From the human T2T-CHM13v2.0 reference genome, Homo sapiens: a stretch of 64,000 nt of DNA. Location: assembly GCF_009914755.1 (NCBI RefSeq), contig NC_060935.1; one strand, 5' to 3'. Below are positions 17,826 through 38,460 of this stretch, piece by piece (position 1 is the first letter of the stretch; each line of letters opens with the position of its first letter). The position numbers and the translations under genes are program-made. The notes beneath the pieces were generated by a model, which saw nothing but the letters and a program-made list of their open reading frames with translations, was not told the origin of the DNA and ran no database searches.

Positions 17826-20800
17826 TTATGTGCTATTAAAACCTGCTATCTCATCTTATAAAATTGTTATGATTCCTAGACTAATTTATGCTGAAAAATA
17901 ACAGAACCAGTAATTTCCAGAGACCTCAGAATCCTACAACCCAAGCTTCCATCCCTGCACTAATCTGGGGAAGAAACACAGAATTAAATGGGATAGGCTG
18001 AAAAGGTGGAGGGACTTCTCATCCCATGAGACAGAATGGAAGTAAACAAAGGGGCTACTATCCTGGCTAGATAAAACAGGTGTGGGTAGCTGCAGCAGAG
18101 ACGGGTGAAAGAATACTGGTAATGGTGGTATCAACAATAAGCATGTCAAGGCACAGTCGCCATCATCTCATTGCAGTTTCTATGTAACCTCACCAATTTC
18201 CTGTCCAGTTTGTCAACATTCTTCTAAAAATGCAATGTCCAAAACATATGTTATTCCACAAACTCCTGATCTGATTAATACTTATGGGGAAAATTTTACA
18301 GGTGAAATGACACACATTTAAAATATAATTTCTTAGAAAAATAACAGTATAAGAAGAGGATATTGTACTGCTGACCAACCAATGCCAGACTTTGTAAAGA
18401 AATAATCACAAGTAATGTTTTATCAAATAAACAATGGATCTACATGGCATTATGTTTTGTAAAATATGCATTAACTGATTATGCAGGATAACTTAGGAAT
18501 CAGTATCTCAAAATATTATTTAAAATGCCACAGTTCATAATTTCCAATACATGGTTTTTATATCTTAAAATATTCATAAATTCCTAGTATGTCATTATTA
18601 CACCAAATCAGCAGATAAAGGAGTATCTTCATCATTCCAAGGAAGTAAGGGACAATTCTGTGGAGCAACAACTTTCTAAGACCCTTTCAACGGGCTTCTG
18701 GGAAAACTTGGGGCCATGAAATATATTTAATAAGGTATTACAACCTCCTGACTTTGCTTCTCATTCAACACTTCGAAGGACTGGCTGCTTTGTATGGAAT
18801 TTGAAATGAGACTGATCTTTTCACAATCATTTCTAACCTTCAAAATAGTTCCCTTAGGAACATTTTAAGTATAAACTACTTTTTTAAATCGTTTCGAATG
18901 CATATTTCATTTAGAGGGAAGCTTTTAAAATTAAATGAACCCATCATTATACAAAAATACACAAACTTGCTTTGCACAAATAATATTTTTCCCTTATGAA
19001 TTTTTACCTCAACTAGAAAAGCTTTATTCAAGGTTACTAAAACATTTCTGGATTCCTTCCACAGTCAATTTTCTTACTCATGTAAGAAAACTCAGCCTTA
19101 TTATCCTATATCCCACCACAGGAATGTCATTCTTGGGCCAGTGCTTTTCTGTTACATCTTCCCCTTTATTCTAAAATCATGAGATAATATACATATAAAG
19201 ATGCTTCTAAAGTTCTAAGTACAATACAAAAATTCAAGGGTTTATACCTATGTTACTATTATCATCATTAGTCTTTGCTTTGTTCTGTACCCTCTATCAT
19301 TCCTCAAGAGATCATGACAATGGAGAAAAGAAGATAAATACAAGAAATTCTTAGACACTGACTGGATGTTAAGAGTCCAGAAAAGAAAAAAAGAGCAGTC
19401 TAGTACGACAACCAGATTTCTGACTTGAGTAAATGGACAGCTGGTATTGATGTCAACTGAGAGAGAGAATGCAAGAAAAAGAGTAAGTTTGGAGTTAAAC
19501 GTGATGATTTCCATTTTGGAGATGTTGGGTATAAGGTTCCTATGGGATATTCAAGGATGTGTGTTTAAGATAGAGGCATTTGTTTACTTACATTAGGACA
19601 GGGGTTCACACTGGAGATAACAAATTTTGGAGTCATCAGCCAATATATGGCAAGTGATGTTACAAATTTAGATATGGTCAACCGAAAAGAGTATACAGGA
19701 GGGAAAAGGGAAATGGGTCAAGGATGAAGTCCTAGGGCGTGTTGCTATTAAAGGAAGAAGAGCCAACAAATGAGACTGAGTGGTAACTTGAAGTTCTTTA
19801 ATAAAGCCATATTTCATAATGGGAGCTGCAATTACGGCATTAAGTTCAGAATAAGAAAAAGAAATTGTCACAATGCTAGATATAACCTTATTAGCTAGGT
19901 TATCTTCCTATGCCTTAGTTTCCTTCCTCACCTATAAAATGGGGTTGATGTTATTCTCAAGAATATACTCTCTGAGAATGACTGAGATAGTAAGCACTCA
20001 ATAATAATAACTACTATCATTATATAATAGCCAATTCTGAAAAAATGTAAGTAGGTAGTTCAGATCAAGAGCTTGGTGTATATATAAGGCTAACTGGGGA
20101 AAAGAAAAAGACTGAGAGGTTATTCAATCAAGAGCCAAGAGCAAGAAAAGACAAATAGCATGCTAAGGACTAGGAAGCTAAATTTAGTAAATAATAATCC
20201 ATTTAGAATACAGGTCCTGCCTTTGGCTTGTTTTTACACATAGAAATGACACCTAGCCAAGTAAAATTCAGCATTTTTAAAATCCTTTTTAAAAATTATG
20301 ATTGGTAACAAAATGAAACATGGTAGTTATATTAACTAAGAAATCATTTACTTCATTCTTCTAACATATTACTTTATTTCTCAGAGTTTATGAGTAGATA
20401 TCTGTAGATTATCACACAGATGAAACAAAACAAAAGCATGAGGAAAAAAAACACAGCTTGTAAGCTCATTTTCAGTTTCCAGTCCATATTATAAGTATTA
20501 GGCTGGGCAGAGAAGGGCATCTACATACAAACAGATGCAATGGAGATGATGTATTTCATCCAAAAATTAACCTGACTTTATTCAGAGAAGAAAGACATGA
20601 AGGAAGCAAACAGAAGAGAAGATATTTTAAGAAAAATTACTTGTATAAGGTGACAATTCAATGTTTTTATCTAGGCAACTCAATATCTGAATATAGTAAT
20701 TCAAAATAATAAAATTTTCCTTCACAGGCTTCAGCAACAGTTTTAGCAAAAATCCACCTACTTTTAAAGAAAGTAAAACAAACCAGAGAAGAGGCAAAGT

Positions 20801-21020
20801 ATAATTCAATTTGCATGTTTCCCAGGAGTTCAAACACAAACACTAGCAGCGGGTCTAGGCTTACGTTTGTAGAACACACTAAGATGCTGGGAAGACTGCA
20901 GGTAAAGAGTTCTGCCAGACAGGAGGTGTCTCTGACAGCCAGTTTATTCTCTGTATGCTGAGAGTACTGAACATTCTGCACAGTAGAACGGAGAAGGACA
21001 TTAAGCAAAAAATACCATTA

Positions 21021-21146
<126 letters not shown>

Positions 21147-22239
21147 CTACTTTTTCACTCATATTTCAACTGAGTATACTTGCTCTTGAAGTTATAACAT
21201 CATATCACATACACTATTTTAAATCAAATTTGTTAAACTGTAGTGTTGGCATGTATAATATATGAAGTTAATGTTTTTCTAGAAAGCATTTACTGAGTGC
21301 TTAAATCATATCAAAGCACTCTACATTTGTTACACAAAAAATTGTACATGTTTTTGCACTGCATCCTAAGACAGCCTAACAATAAAAGAGGTATTATATC
21401 CTCATTTCTCAGATGAGGAAAAAGCAGCCGAAAGTGGTAATTAGTTCAAGATCACATAGTTAAAGTGCCAGTGTGTAGATCTGAACTACAGTTGAATGGA
21501 TTCCAAAGCCATGCTGAAGGGCCATAGTACATTTAAACTCAGACAAAATTAAGTTCTTGTGTAGATTTAATGTTTAGAGAATTTAGAAATGATGTTGATA
21601 AATCATCTTGTTGAAAAAGAGTTTAAATAAATTCATGATCAACAAATATGACCAGGTAGTTACCTTTTGAAGGATGCTACACTATATTCCAAGAATGTGG
21701 ATACAGAAACAGTTCTCTAAAGGAGTTACAACCCAGAGAACACACAGACACACCCAAATTGTCATATGCTAAATATATCCCCCATTAACTACCAAAAGCC
21801 TTCCTCACCTCCTCCCACCTCTCTCACCATCAAACAGTAAATTTCTGTCTCCAATCCCATTAATTCCTCCATCTTCCGCAATCTGGCTCACCTGCGGCCA
21901 ATAACTAAGAACTACAAAGAACAAATTAACTTATTTTCAATAAATTTGCAATCTAAACAAATTCATTCTTTTGAAAGTTTAACAATTTGTTTCATAAAGT
22001 AACTTTAATGCAATACCTAAAGAAATAGTATATACACACATACATATTTTTATGTGCCACATCTAAACTTCAGAAAAGTCGTCTTTAAAGGTCATCTTTT
22101 AAACACGCTATCTAGTTGCCAGTCCCTAAATAGTCTTATGTAGTCATAAAAGAAGAGAAGAAGGAAAGAAGAGAGGAAAGGAGGACCAGCCTATGAAGAT
22201 GGGGTTAAAAAGGCAAAAACTTGCCATATACAAAAATAT

Positions 22240-22455
22240 AGACTTGGGTTCACATCCTGACTGCACCACATACTAACTTGGTACTCTTAGGCAAGGTTTT
22301 CAACTTCTCTATGCCTCATTTTCCGCATCTATAAAATGGTAACTATTATAGTACCACACATAGGTTGTTATGAAAATTAAATGGGTTAATACATTTAAAG
22401 TACTTATATCAGTGTTAACACATAAGATGTATGTAATAAGTGTTGTCTACTGTTA
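22240..22455 (+). mobile_element. MIR SINE (other MIR relics at about 4880-5030, 7540-7700, 13400-13590, 16640-16830, 21290-21520, 39900-40050, 57530-57620)
   Basis: MIR core CTTAGGCAAG..AACTTCTCTATGCCTCATTTTCCGCATCTATAAAATGG. Confidence 0.75.
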
Positions 22456-23408
22456 ATAAAAGTTCAAACTAACAACTAATTGCCAGAATCTGCTAATAAT
22501 TCTACTAATTATGAAAGCAACAAAATTAGACCCAAAGATAACAAAACAAATATCAGAGTATACCGAAAAAAATCAACCACGTGAAAGATTATAGAAAGGA
22601 AGATGCTTTATTCTTTCCCCGGTCTACCACCTCACTCAGAAATACAACGTTTATGTCACTTATAACGCTGGGCAGTAGTTCCCATATTGCATATGTATAC
22701 CTTCTTGTGGCTGCTACAGCACTGCTCCACATGACTTCCTTTTTCTCTACATTTCTACATTCAGAAAGGACCAGCAACCCCCGGAAAATATTTATGTTAT
22801 GTACAGAAGAGAAGAGGGTAGTTCTGGCAAAGGCACACAGAAACATGGGAGACACAATCCTCCTAAAGCTTCATAAAGTGAGAAAAGAGACAGGAAAACT
22901 CATGCAAGCAGCACACTTTGAGAACCACACATAGGCTTTCTTATATTCTCTCTGACCAGAATGTCAAAGAGCGAGGCAATGAAAAGAAGCAATACAAGAT
23001 CCTATCTTTGTCCAGCAGAGCTGCTCTAGATGACAGACTTTTAACAATAGGCTTATGCTAAAGGTTGTATATAAACAACTAATTCTACACTGGAGATAGG
23101 AAAAGGAACTCCAACTAGCACTCAAGTGAACAGAACAGGGATGGGGCAATCTAGACCCTGTGTTTGTTGACAAACACTGATTCTAGACAAATCTATCCTT
23201 AATCAAACAGGAGAAAAGAGACTAGGAAAAAAAAGGCCTAGAAAAAAAAAAAAAGACTTACAAAGAAAAGAGAATATCAACCCGAAACTTTAAAAAAGAA
23301 AGCAGTCTTCTGAAAATAATTCTCTATAGGCATTTGTAAAAGCATGTATAAGGTACTTGGCACACTCAAAAGGAAATAAGCCATATTTTCTAATAAACAC
23401 AAAGAGAA

Positions 23409-23698
23409 GGCCAGGCGCAGTGGCTCAGCCTATGCTCTCAGCATCCTAGGAGGCCGAGGCGAGTGGACTGCTTGAAACCAGGAATTCAAGACCAGCCTGG
23501 ACAACACGGCAAAACCCTGTGTCTACTATAAATGCAAAAAATCAGCTGGGCAGGCATGGCATCACGGGTCTACAGTCTCAGCTACTTGGGAGGCTGTGAT
23601 GAGAGGACTACCTTGAGCCCCAGAAGTCAAGGCTTCAGTGAGCTGTGATGCACTCCACTGCACTCCAGCCTAGGCAATGGGAGTGAGACCCTGTGCTA

Positions 23699-23730
<32 letters not shown>

Positions 23731-23750
23731 GAAAAAGAAAAAAAAGAAAT
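23409..23750 (+). mobile_element. AluJ with long A-rich tail
   Basis: Diverged dimeric Alu. Confidence 0.88.
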
Positions 23751-24669
23751 AGAGTAGAAACAGAAAGTCATAAGGAGAGAGACACAATGAAACAAGAGAA
23801 ATGAATGAGAATGACTGCAAGGACATTTAAAAATGTAATAGCAGAAATAAAATCTGTATGCAATTAGCAACAAATTGCATTGGTTATTCAGAAAACAGAT
23901 TTAATGTTGAGGACAAACTTGAAAAGTGCTGTAAGAATTTGAAGGAAAAGAACAAAGATAAAATCATCATGGAAAATAATCAAGAAAAGAATTGTATTTT
24001 CTAAAGGAAAAAAAAAATAATCAAGAGGAGCAAAAAGTCCAATATATAATTGATGTTGATCAGAAGAGTTTACCATGTTCCACCCAAAATCAATGAACAG
24101 AGACATACCTAGTTGCATCTTGGCAAATTTTTTTGAACTAAAAGAATTAAAATATAAACTGTAAGAATATAGGTGGAAAAAAAATTACCTTTGAAGAAAG
24201 CAAAATCAAGTTAGCTTCAAGGTTATCTATAATACCATATTCTACAAGACAATAACAAAATGTGATCAAAGCTGTGAAGGAAAATGCTCCCAAAAAGTAT
24301 TTAATGGCAGCAGGAAGTCATTCTCAGATAGCCAGGTCTCAGAAAATACAACCCAGAAATACTTTTTAGAAAAAAAAAAAGAAAAAGAAAAAAATATCTT
24401 AAACTGTGATTCAGCTAAAAAGGGAAAATCAAAATTAAAATATACAAGGGATTTGTGGTGTACTGCAAAACCTTATGTTTCATATCCTAAGAACCCCTAA
24501 AAAAACTCCACATTCACTACCACCATACTACGCTCTGAGTCTTAGTTTCACCATTCATGTTATTAACATGATATTAATACCCACCTTAAAAGTTAGCAAC
24601 TATGAAATCAAGATAACTGCACCATAAAGAGATTTGCAAAACACCATGAAAATGAAAAAAAAAAAAATA

Positions 24670-24766
24670 CAGACAGTCCCTGACTTACAGTGGTTCAACT
24701 TATGGTATTTTCAACTTACAATGGGTTTATCTGGATGTAACCCCATCATAGGTCGAGGAGCATCTG
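24670..24766 (-). mobile_element. MER47C-like (Tigger5-derived) 97-bp TcMar MITE
   Basis: Imperfect TIRs CAGACAGTCCCTGACTTAC / GGTCGAGGAGCATCTG, flanked by TA on both sides. Confidence 0.75.
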
Positions 24767-26124
24767 TACTTATTATTCACGTAATAGAAGCATCAACAGA
24801 AGTTTTCACCGCCTTTTACCAAAATGGCCTATTGACATGGTGCTTTTTTCTCTGCTCTAGAGATTCCCTATATGACACACTTTCTCTAATACTCATCAAA
24901 GGGATTAATATTTGAGAAAGCATGTCATATAGGGAACCATAAATCAATCTCTCCCTGACTCCTAACTACTATATTCTAGATTTAGCTACAGAATAGTAAG
25001 CATCTCACTGTTGTAAGGAAAGCAGCAAATCTTTTCCCTTTCTTTCATTTCTTATGAGGACTGAAGACAGCTGCAATATTCCAAAGAGTCTGACACAACT
25101 TAGGAAAATTAATGGAATAATGTCTACCTGAGAGAATAAAGGAGATGGCTTGAGAAATAAAAATGGAGTAAAAGTTTAGGGTATCCTAGTGAAGGGTTTC
25201 AAGATGCCTTCAGCAAGACAGTCCATATCGTATGGGTCCATTTATATGAAATTCTGCAACAGACTAAACTATAGTACAAAAACTTCAAAACAGTTGTTGC
25301 TATGGGGATGAGAATGAGAGTGTGGACTGAAAAGGGGCATGATGAAAGTATCTGGGGTGACAAGTTCTATATCTTGACAGGGATTTGGGTTGTACAGGTG
25401 TATGCATTTTTCTAAACTCATAGAATGTACACTTAAGATTTCTGTATTTCAATAGATATAAATTTTATATCAAAAGAAAAATTACATATATTTATTTGCA
25501 TGCTGACATATTTAGTTGGAAAACTACTAATGTCTGCAATTTACTTTGAAATGCATCAAAAAGTAAGCCAGATAAATAGATGGATAGAGGGACACACAGA
25601 TGATGGATGTCAGATAAAAACAAGGAAGTAGGGTAAAACGTTAATGGAAAAATTCTGATGGTGGATACAGCAGGGTCCTTTGTAAACTTTATTTTGTGTT
25701 CAGAAATTTTTATAATAAAATACTGGGGAGAAGTTAAGGACTTTAAACTTGACCAGTCATGTAAAAAAAAACAAAACACTGCAGGCCTTTGATAGGGGCA
25801 GATGGCATGGTCAAGGAGGGCAAAGAAATGAAAAGGAAGAAGATGAAATGATGATAATCTACGAAAGAAATAGAATCCTGGATTAGTCTATGGTAATAGA
25901 AATAAAGAGGAATATGATACATTGGAAAAGTGATCAAATCTGACCCTAGGCTTATAAAACAAATAGAAGCAATTATATGAATAATACTTGATGATTTTTA
26001 CTTGAGAGGAATTGCATCTCAGATATGTCAGCAATGGGAGAAGAGAGAAAGCAGATTCAATGAATAAATGAAGTGAGGTCAAAACAAGAGAGGCAACTCA
26101 AAAACACCAGGAACCTATCTTCTT

Positions 26125-31685
<5,561 letters not shown>

Positions 31686-32751
31686 GAACCTATCTTCTTA
31701 AAATGGTGGTTGGGAACCAAGAGACCAAAGCCACTCTGGTCCATTAGGTTTTTCTGCCTTCACATGTAAATATCTTTAGTGGAGAATAAGTTACATAACC
31801 CTCAGATATGAGGGAAGAAAATTCACTCCTGGAGAAATCCTCTAGAATACATCAAGCACTTTCTCTTATTGGGTCAAAATAATGTTACTAACTGGCTAGC
31901 CAACCTGTTTTCTATGAGATGCATCAGAACCCTGCCTGACTCTGGAGCTCTGGCCACATCAATAGGTAAGATTCCATAAAATGTGCTATTTGATAGCATT
32001 TAATACAATATTTAATCCTTTTATTATCAAGAAAAGTCTGATAATCTTATTAAAACTCTTACTTCAAAACACACAAGATTCAAATTTATAATTTTTTTTA
32101 TTCCTACTACATAATCAGTTTAGTATTCCTCCCTTCCCAGCCCTGATTTTCTTCCATGCCCACTTCATCAAATTATTTTCAAACTGCCCAGTAATTTTCC
32201 ATGTGACTTTAACTTCTTTTTTCACTCCCTCCCTTTCTCTTCTCTCCCTCTCTCTTTCTCACACACACAGGCACACAAACACAAAAATGCACTCTCTCAC
32301 ACACACACAATTAGGAAATTACTATAAACTCGATCTAGAAGTTGGCAAGTTTAAGTCAGTTTTCACATGGAATGGTTAGATGGTAGAAAAATAGGAAAGA
32401 ATTTGTCTGAAATCTGCAAAACACTAAATAATAATCACCTGAAAGGGAAAAATGAGTCTATACAGTTATAAACTATCCTCCACAGTCTTTTTACATACTG
32501 TACTAAAACCCAGAAGAGAAAAAAAGGATTTTCTTAGTAACTTATTTTTTGTTGGATAATCCTTCTAAAGAAAACTGTTTATATCAATTATACTTTATTC
32601 TATTTTCTCTACAACTTGACTGACAAGCCACGAAGTGGCCAAATGAACCATGCAAACAAAAATTCTAACAAGGTAGAGCCACAGACTGGCATCTGGGATA
32701 GATCTTAGTGGTTACACATTTCAAAGTACATTCAAGATCAAGCACAGGGAA

Positions 32752-32754
<3 letters not shown>

Positions 32755-32789
<35 letters not shown>
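32755..32789. repeat. Uninterrupted poly(T) of about 35 nt (poly(A) on the MTMR2 sense strand)
   Basis: Direct reading. Confidence 0.9.
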
Positions 32790-32795
<6 letters not shown>

Positions 32796-32933
32796 CACAG
32801 TCAGGGACATTTTGGTTTTTCAGCTGAAACCACAACTAGCCAAAGCTGGAAAACGTTACATCACCATCCATGATTCAACAATAACAAAAAGGATGACTAT
32901 CTAAAGAAGAATGGTCTAGAAAGCATCACTTCA

Positions 32934-33395
32934 TGCTATGGGTTGAACTGTGCCCTCTAATAACGTTGTTGAAGTCTAACCACCAGTGCCTTAGAATGTG
33001 ACCTAATTTGGAAATAGGGTTGTTGCAGATATAATTAGTTAAGATGAGGTCATACTGGTGTAGGGTGGGCCCCTAATTCAATATGACTGGTATCCTCACA
33101 AGAAGACAGCAATGTGAAGAAACAGGGAGAATGCCCCATGAAGAGGGAAGCAGAGATTGGACTGATGCATTTACAATCCAAGGAACATCAAAGATGGCTA
33201 ACCCTCATGAGCAGCTAGGAGAAAGGTATGGAATAGATTCTCCCTCAAAGCTCTCTTGGTTGGCAGGTGCCAACCCTGCTAACACCTTGATTTCTGATGT
33301 CTAGGCTCCAGAACTATGAAAGAATAAATTTCTGTTGTTTTAAGCTACCCAGTTTGTGGTACTCTGTTATTATAGCAGCCCTAAGAAACGAATGC
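32934..33395 (+). mobile_element. MaLR solo LTR (MLT1B/C/D-like)
   Basis: TGCTATGGGTTGAACTGTG start, GTGACCTAATTTGGAAATAGGG, AATAAATTTCTGTTGTTTTAAGC...GCAGCCCTAAGAAAC end. Confidence 0.8.
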
Positions 33396-36300
33396 CTAAT
33401 ATCAATAAAAACTTCCAGATTTTAATCTTAAAATACAAGTTTTCATAACTATGAAAACTTAGAAGCAATCTGACCTTCAGCAGGAGAATGGATAAATGAA
33501 TTGTGGTACGTCATACAAAGGAATATCATTCAGTAATAAAAAGAAATTAGCTATCAAGCCATGGAAAGACTTGAGGAATCTTAAAAGGATATTACTAAGT
33601 GAAAGAAGCCACTCTGAAAAGACCGCACACTAGATGATTCTAACTACATGACATTCTGGAAAAGGCAAAAATGTGGACACAGAAAAAGATTAGTGATTGC
33701 CTGGTGTTCAGGGAGAGGGGAAAATGAAAGAGGTGACGCAAAGGGGATTTTTAGGGCACTAAAACTATTCTACATGATACAGTAACAATGAATATATGCC
33801 ACCATACCTTCGTCAAAACCCGCAGAATGTACACCACAAAGTATGAACCCTAATGCAAACTATGTATTTTAGTATTAATATAAAAATGTATCAGTATCGT
33901 TTCATCAGTTGCAACAAATGCACCACACAAGGTACAGTCAACGTAATAAATATCAATTCCTTCACTTTTCTGCAAAAACTTCTACAAAAAATCCTGTATC
34001 TCTAAAGGGTAACATATTATTCTATACATCAGCTAAGTCATAATTTAATGCTTCCTTGACTCTCATATTTAATCTATTTCTACATTTTGTCCTGTCTCAT
34101 CCTTTCATTCCCCACACCAATATAGCCCCACTTCTCCATCCATAAGGACGAGCCCCACACCTTCTGATGTGTCCTTCTGAGCTATACTTCAGACAGTCCT
34201 TTCCAATAAATGATGGTTCATAATAGATTATATGCCAAAAACAAGAAAGACAGAAGATAGGTGAATAGATATAATATTATCTAAATTTCTTTCATTTCAC
34301 CTCATACCAAGGAGAATGAGCCCAGTTTATGTACTGTTTTTAGAAGATCATTATTCATTCAGTGCTCTTAACACCCTTGAAAGATAAGTAGTATTCATAT
34401 GCCCATTTATAAATGGGGTCATTGACCCTTATAGAAGTTAAGGAACTTTTCCAAGGTGACATATATCTCCCAACAGTGGCTGGAATTGAACAGATGTCTG
34501 ATTACACTAAGACCATGATCATAACATGATAACATCCCAAGCAAGCAAGGGATATGAAGGACCAGAGGCTGAGAAAGAGATCAGAACCAGAGGTAAAAAT
34601 GTGGGAGTCATCCAAAAAGAGATGACAGCTGAAACCACGAAGAAGAAAGAGAATGTGGAAGAAAGAGAGTGGGGAAAGCAAGGGATGAAGAAAACTTTAG
34701 CATTACCCCACTTATAAGAGAAGGAACAGCAAAGTACACATAGGAGGGGAGGGCAGATGAGAAATGAACCACATATTGTCACCAGATTTGAAACCTGGAA
34801 TCATCATCTTTGACTCCTCTCTTCCCATAATCTGCAATGTTCAGATAGCTTTGTGTACATTACATTCACCTATAATTTTTTCAGATTTGTTTTTTACAAA
34901 GCATTATGTCATTATCCTAGTACATGTCCTTTAGCAACTTTTACTTGGAATTATTCCAGTAGCCTCCAAACATGTCTTCATTCTTTCCATTTGACCTGCT
35001 CTTGACTAGTATCACCTGTTTATGTACCCACAGCCTCTTCTATCACTCCACCTACTATCGCCAACAAATGGGAGCTTATTATTCACAATGTTCTTCTGTC
35101 CTTGGATTTTTAATCTATCTTGAAAAACAAATGGAGATGCACCATTCATTTCAGACTGCACATATTCAATAGTAAACATATAAATAAACTTAAAATCATC
35201 CTCCCCACTGAAAGGCATTTATATTGTCTCCAGACTTGTCATTACAAACTTCAGGATTATCTTGTCAAATTTTAACCATATTATTTATAGAATAAGCAAA
35301 AATTAAAATCTTAAAAATACTGAGCTTTTCTGTTCAAATCAAGGTATGTTTTTCTGTTTAAGTATTCATCTTTACCACTCAGCAGAGTTTTAAAGTTTCT
35401 TCACATATTTTCTGCATATTTAAGTTTATTCCTAGATATTTTACATTTTTAGTTATTATAGAATTTTTCTCTTATATTTTATAAGTATTTTTATAATAGA
35501 AAGCTATAATTCTTATATATAAATTTTGCCTTTTAGTGTGCCTTGTAATTTTTTCTTGGAAGTCAGACATGTAAAAGGTACTAGGTAAAAAGAACTGAGG
35601 TAAACAGGCCTTTGGTGATGTGGTGAAGCAAGAGAGAAACTGTAAGATACTCAATACATTACTCGTGTGTTTTAGGAGGAGCTTGTATTTTCTCAACTGC
35701 ATATATGTCTATAATCAATATATAGTATGTTTTGTTTATTGAAATTTACTTAGCTAGATAGATACCATTCTGTCATAGAATATACCACAATTTATTAATG
35801 ATCAAATGATGTACATTTATCACGTACACAAATAATGTACAATTAAGATCTTTATTCCAGTCTCCTGGAATAAATGTGGGACTTTCTACATTAGTAAAAC
35901 TGGAACTGCTAAGAAGAATGAGCATTTGTAGATATTGCTATATTTCTCTCTACTGTGGCTGTTTCAGCACTGTATGAGAATTCCCACTGCCCCACTTTTC
36001 AAACAATCCTTGGTATTATCAGACTTGTTAATTGTTTTGATCTGATGAATGTGAAATAAGTTTTCTCAGTTGCTTTAAAAATGACATATCCCTGATTCCC
36101 TGATTATAGTGAGGTTTAACATTTTAAAATATATTGGTTAAACATTATGTATATATTTTTCCTTGAATTTCTTGTTCATAGACTTTCTCAACTTTCTGTT
36201 GGGTTGCATTTTCTCTTATTAATTTGTAGATGTTCTTTGCATATTTGGGTACTAATCTTTTATCAGTTACACATATTCTTTGCAAGTCTACTATCCCAAA

Positions 36301-37642
36301 ATGTGACCTGTCTTTTCACAGTCTTCACATACGGAATTTGTCACATAAAGTTGGTAAATTTTAGCACAATCAAAATAATAATCTTTTCTTTAAAAGTTAA
36401 TACCTTAGAGTCTTATTTTAAATATTCTTCCTGATATCGTAAGTCATAATGATATTGTCATATATTTTCTTCTAAAATTTTAAAGTTCTTATTTTCAGTT
36501 TTAGGTTTTCAATCTAATGAATCCAGTTGGTGTGTGTGAGTTAGAAATTCAACCTTTTTTTTTTTAAACATGGCCAACCTAGCATTGATTACCAAATAGT
36601 TCATTCTTTCTCCCACTGATTTGTTATACATCTGTCATATACAGAGTTCCTACAAACATCAGTCTGTTTCTAAACTTGACTGATTTATTCCTATTCTGAT
36701 TTACTTTAGCTTATGCCTGATTGGGTGAATCTCCCCACTTTATTTTTCCTCTGGGTTAATCTTGACCTTTTACCCTTGCATATAAATTTTAGAGTCAGCT
36801 AAAATTTTGCCAAGTTCTGCAAAACAAACTTTTGAATTTTTTTGGAATTATATTCAATTAACAGATATATTTGAAAATATTTTACACCTCCAGACTATTG
36901 AATTTACCCATCCATTTATTTAGATATCCTTTTAGCTTCTTTAATAAAGTTTTATAACTTTCTTCATAAAGTTCTTCTATATCTCGTTTTAACTTATTCC
37001 TAAGTAAGGTACTTTTGTTGCTGTTGTAACTGGGATCTTCTTTAAATCACATTTTCTAAACATTTTTGCTAAGGTACAAAAGCATGATCTTTTTATGTTA
37101 TCTTGTATCCGGCAACAGTGGTAAGCTATACAATTAGTTCTGGTAGTTTGTATATAGATTTTCTCAGATTTCCCATACAGACAATCCTCTATAAATAATG
37201 AAAGTTTTGTTTATTCCTTTCATTTCTTGTATCATTTATTATTTTTCTTATTTTACTGGCTAGGGTTTCCAGCATAATGCTGAATAAAAGTAGCGATAGT
37301 AATCATCATGTTTCTAAGCTTAATGAACGTATTTCTAGTATTTCATCATTAAGTATGAGGCTTATTGTAGAGTTCTGATGGATACCCTTTATCGGGCTAA
37401 GGTTGATTTTTTTCAATTCCTAGGTTCTTAAGAGTTGATATTGTTGGTAAGGGAGGTCGTGGTGCTAATCATAAATAAATGCTAATAATCATTTCTTCTC
37501 TATTAAAATAATCATTATGTGATAGACACTGTTTACTATCTAACATAAGCTCTATGAGACTCCTTAACTCATTCTAAATAGATCTGCATATTTTCAGTAC
37601 ATGTCAATATCACATTCATGGACATAGTCTAATAATCCAATT

Positions 37643-37962
37643 GGCCAGGCGCGGTGGCTCACGCCTGTAATCCCAACACTCTCGGGGGGGCCGAGGTGGG
37701 CGGATCATGAGATCAGAAGATCAAGGTCATCCTGGCTAACACGGTGAAACCCCGTCTCTACTAAAAATACAAAAAATTAGCCAGGCGTGGTGGCACGCAC
37801 CTGTAATCCCAGCTCCTCGGGAAGCTGAGGCAGGAGAATCGCTTGAACCCGGGAGACAGAGGTTGCAAATGAGCCGAGATGGCGCCAATGCACTCCAGCC
37901 TAGGGGATAGAGCGAGACTCCCTCTAAAATAAAATAAAATAAAATAAAATAAAATAAAATAA
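37643..37962 (+). mobile_element. Alu (AluSc-like) with (TAAAA)n tail
   Basis: Alu consensus, CpG-rich. Confidence 0.92.
37801..37923 (-). other. Candidate exonised antisense-Alu exon (123 nt, or 121 nt from the second AG)
   Basis: (TTTTA)n tract then TTTTAG|AG at the Alu right-arm tail and donor CAG|GTGCGT at 37795-37800, the classical Alu exonisation positions. Confidence 0.5.
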
Positions 37963-38071
37963 TTTCTGGCCTTTAGTTTGCAAAGGAAATATGCATAACA
38001 CAGATTTTGAAGACAGACACGTTTGCCTGATTTAAGCCTATTACATACTTCAAGACAAGACAGATGGTTAA

Positions 38072-38460
<389 letters not shown>

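Noticed and set aside
22581-22934. 117-aa + strand ORF with an overlapping - strand ORF
   Set aside because: GTG start, no recognisable domain or splice context; within chance expectation
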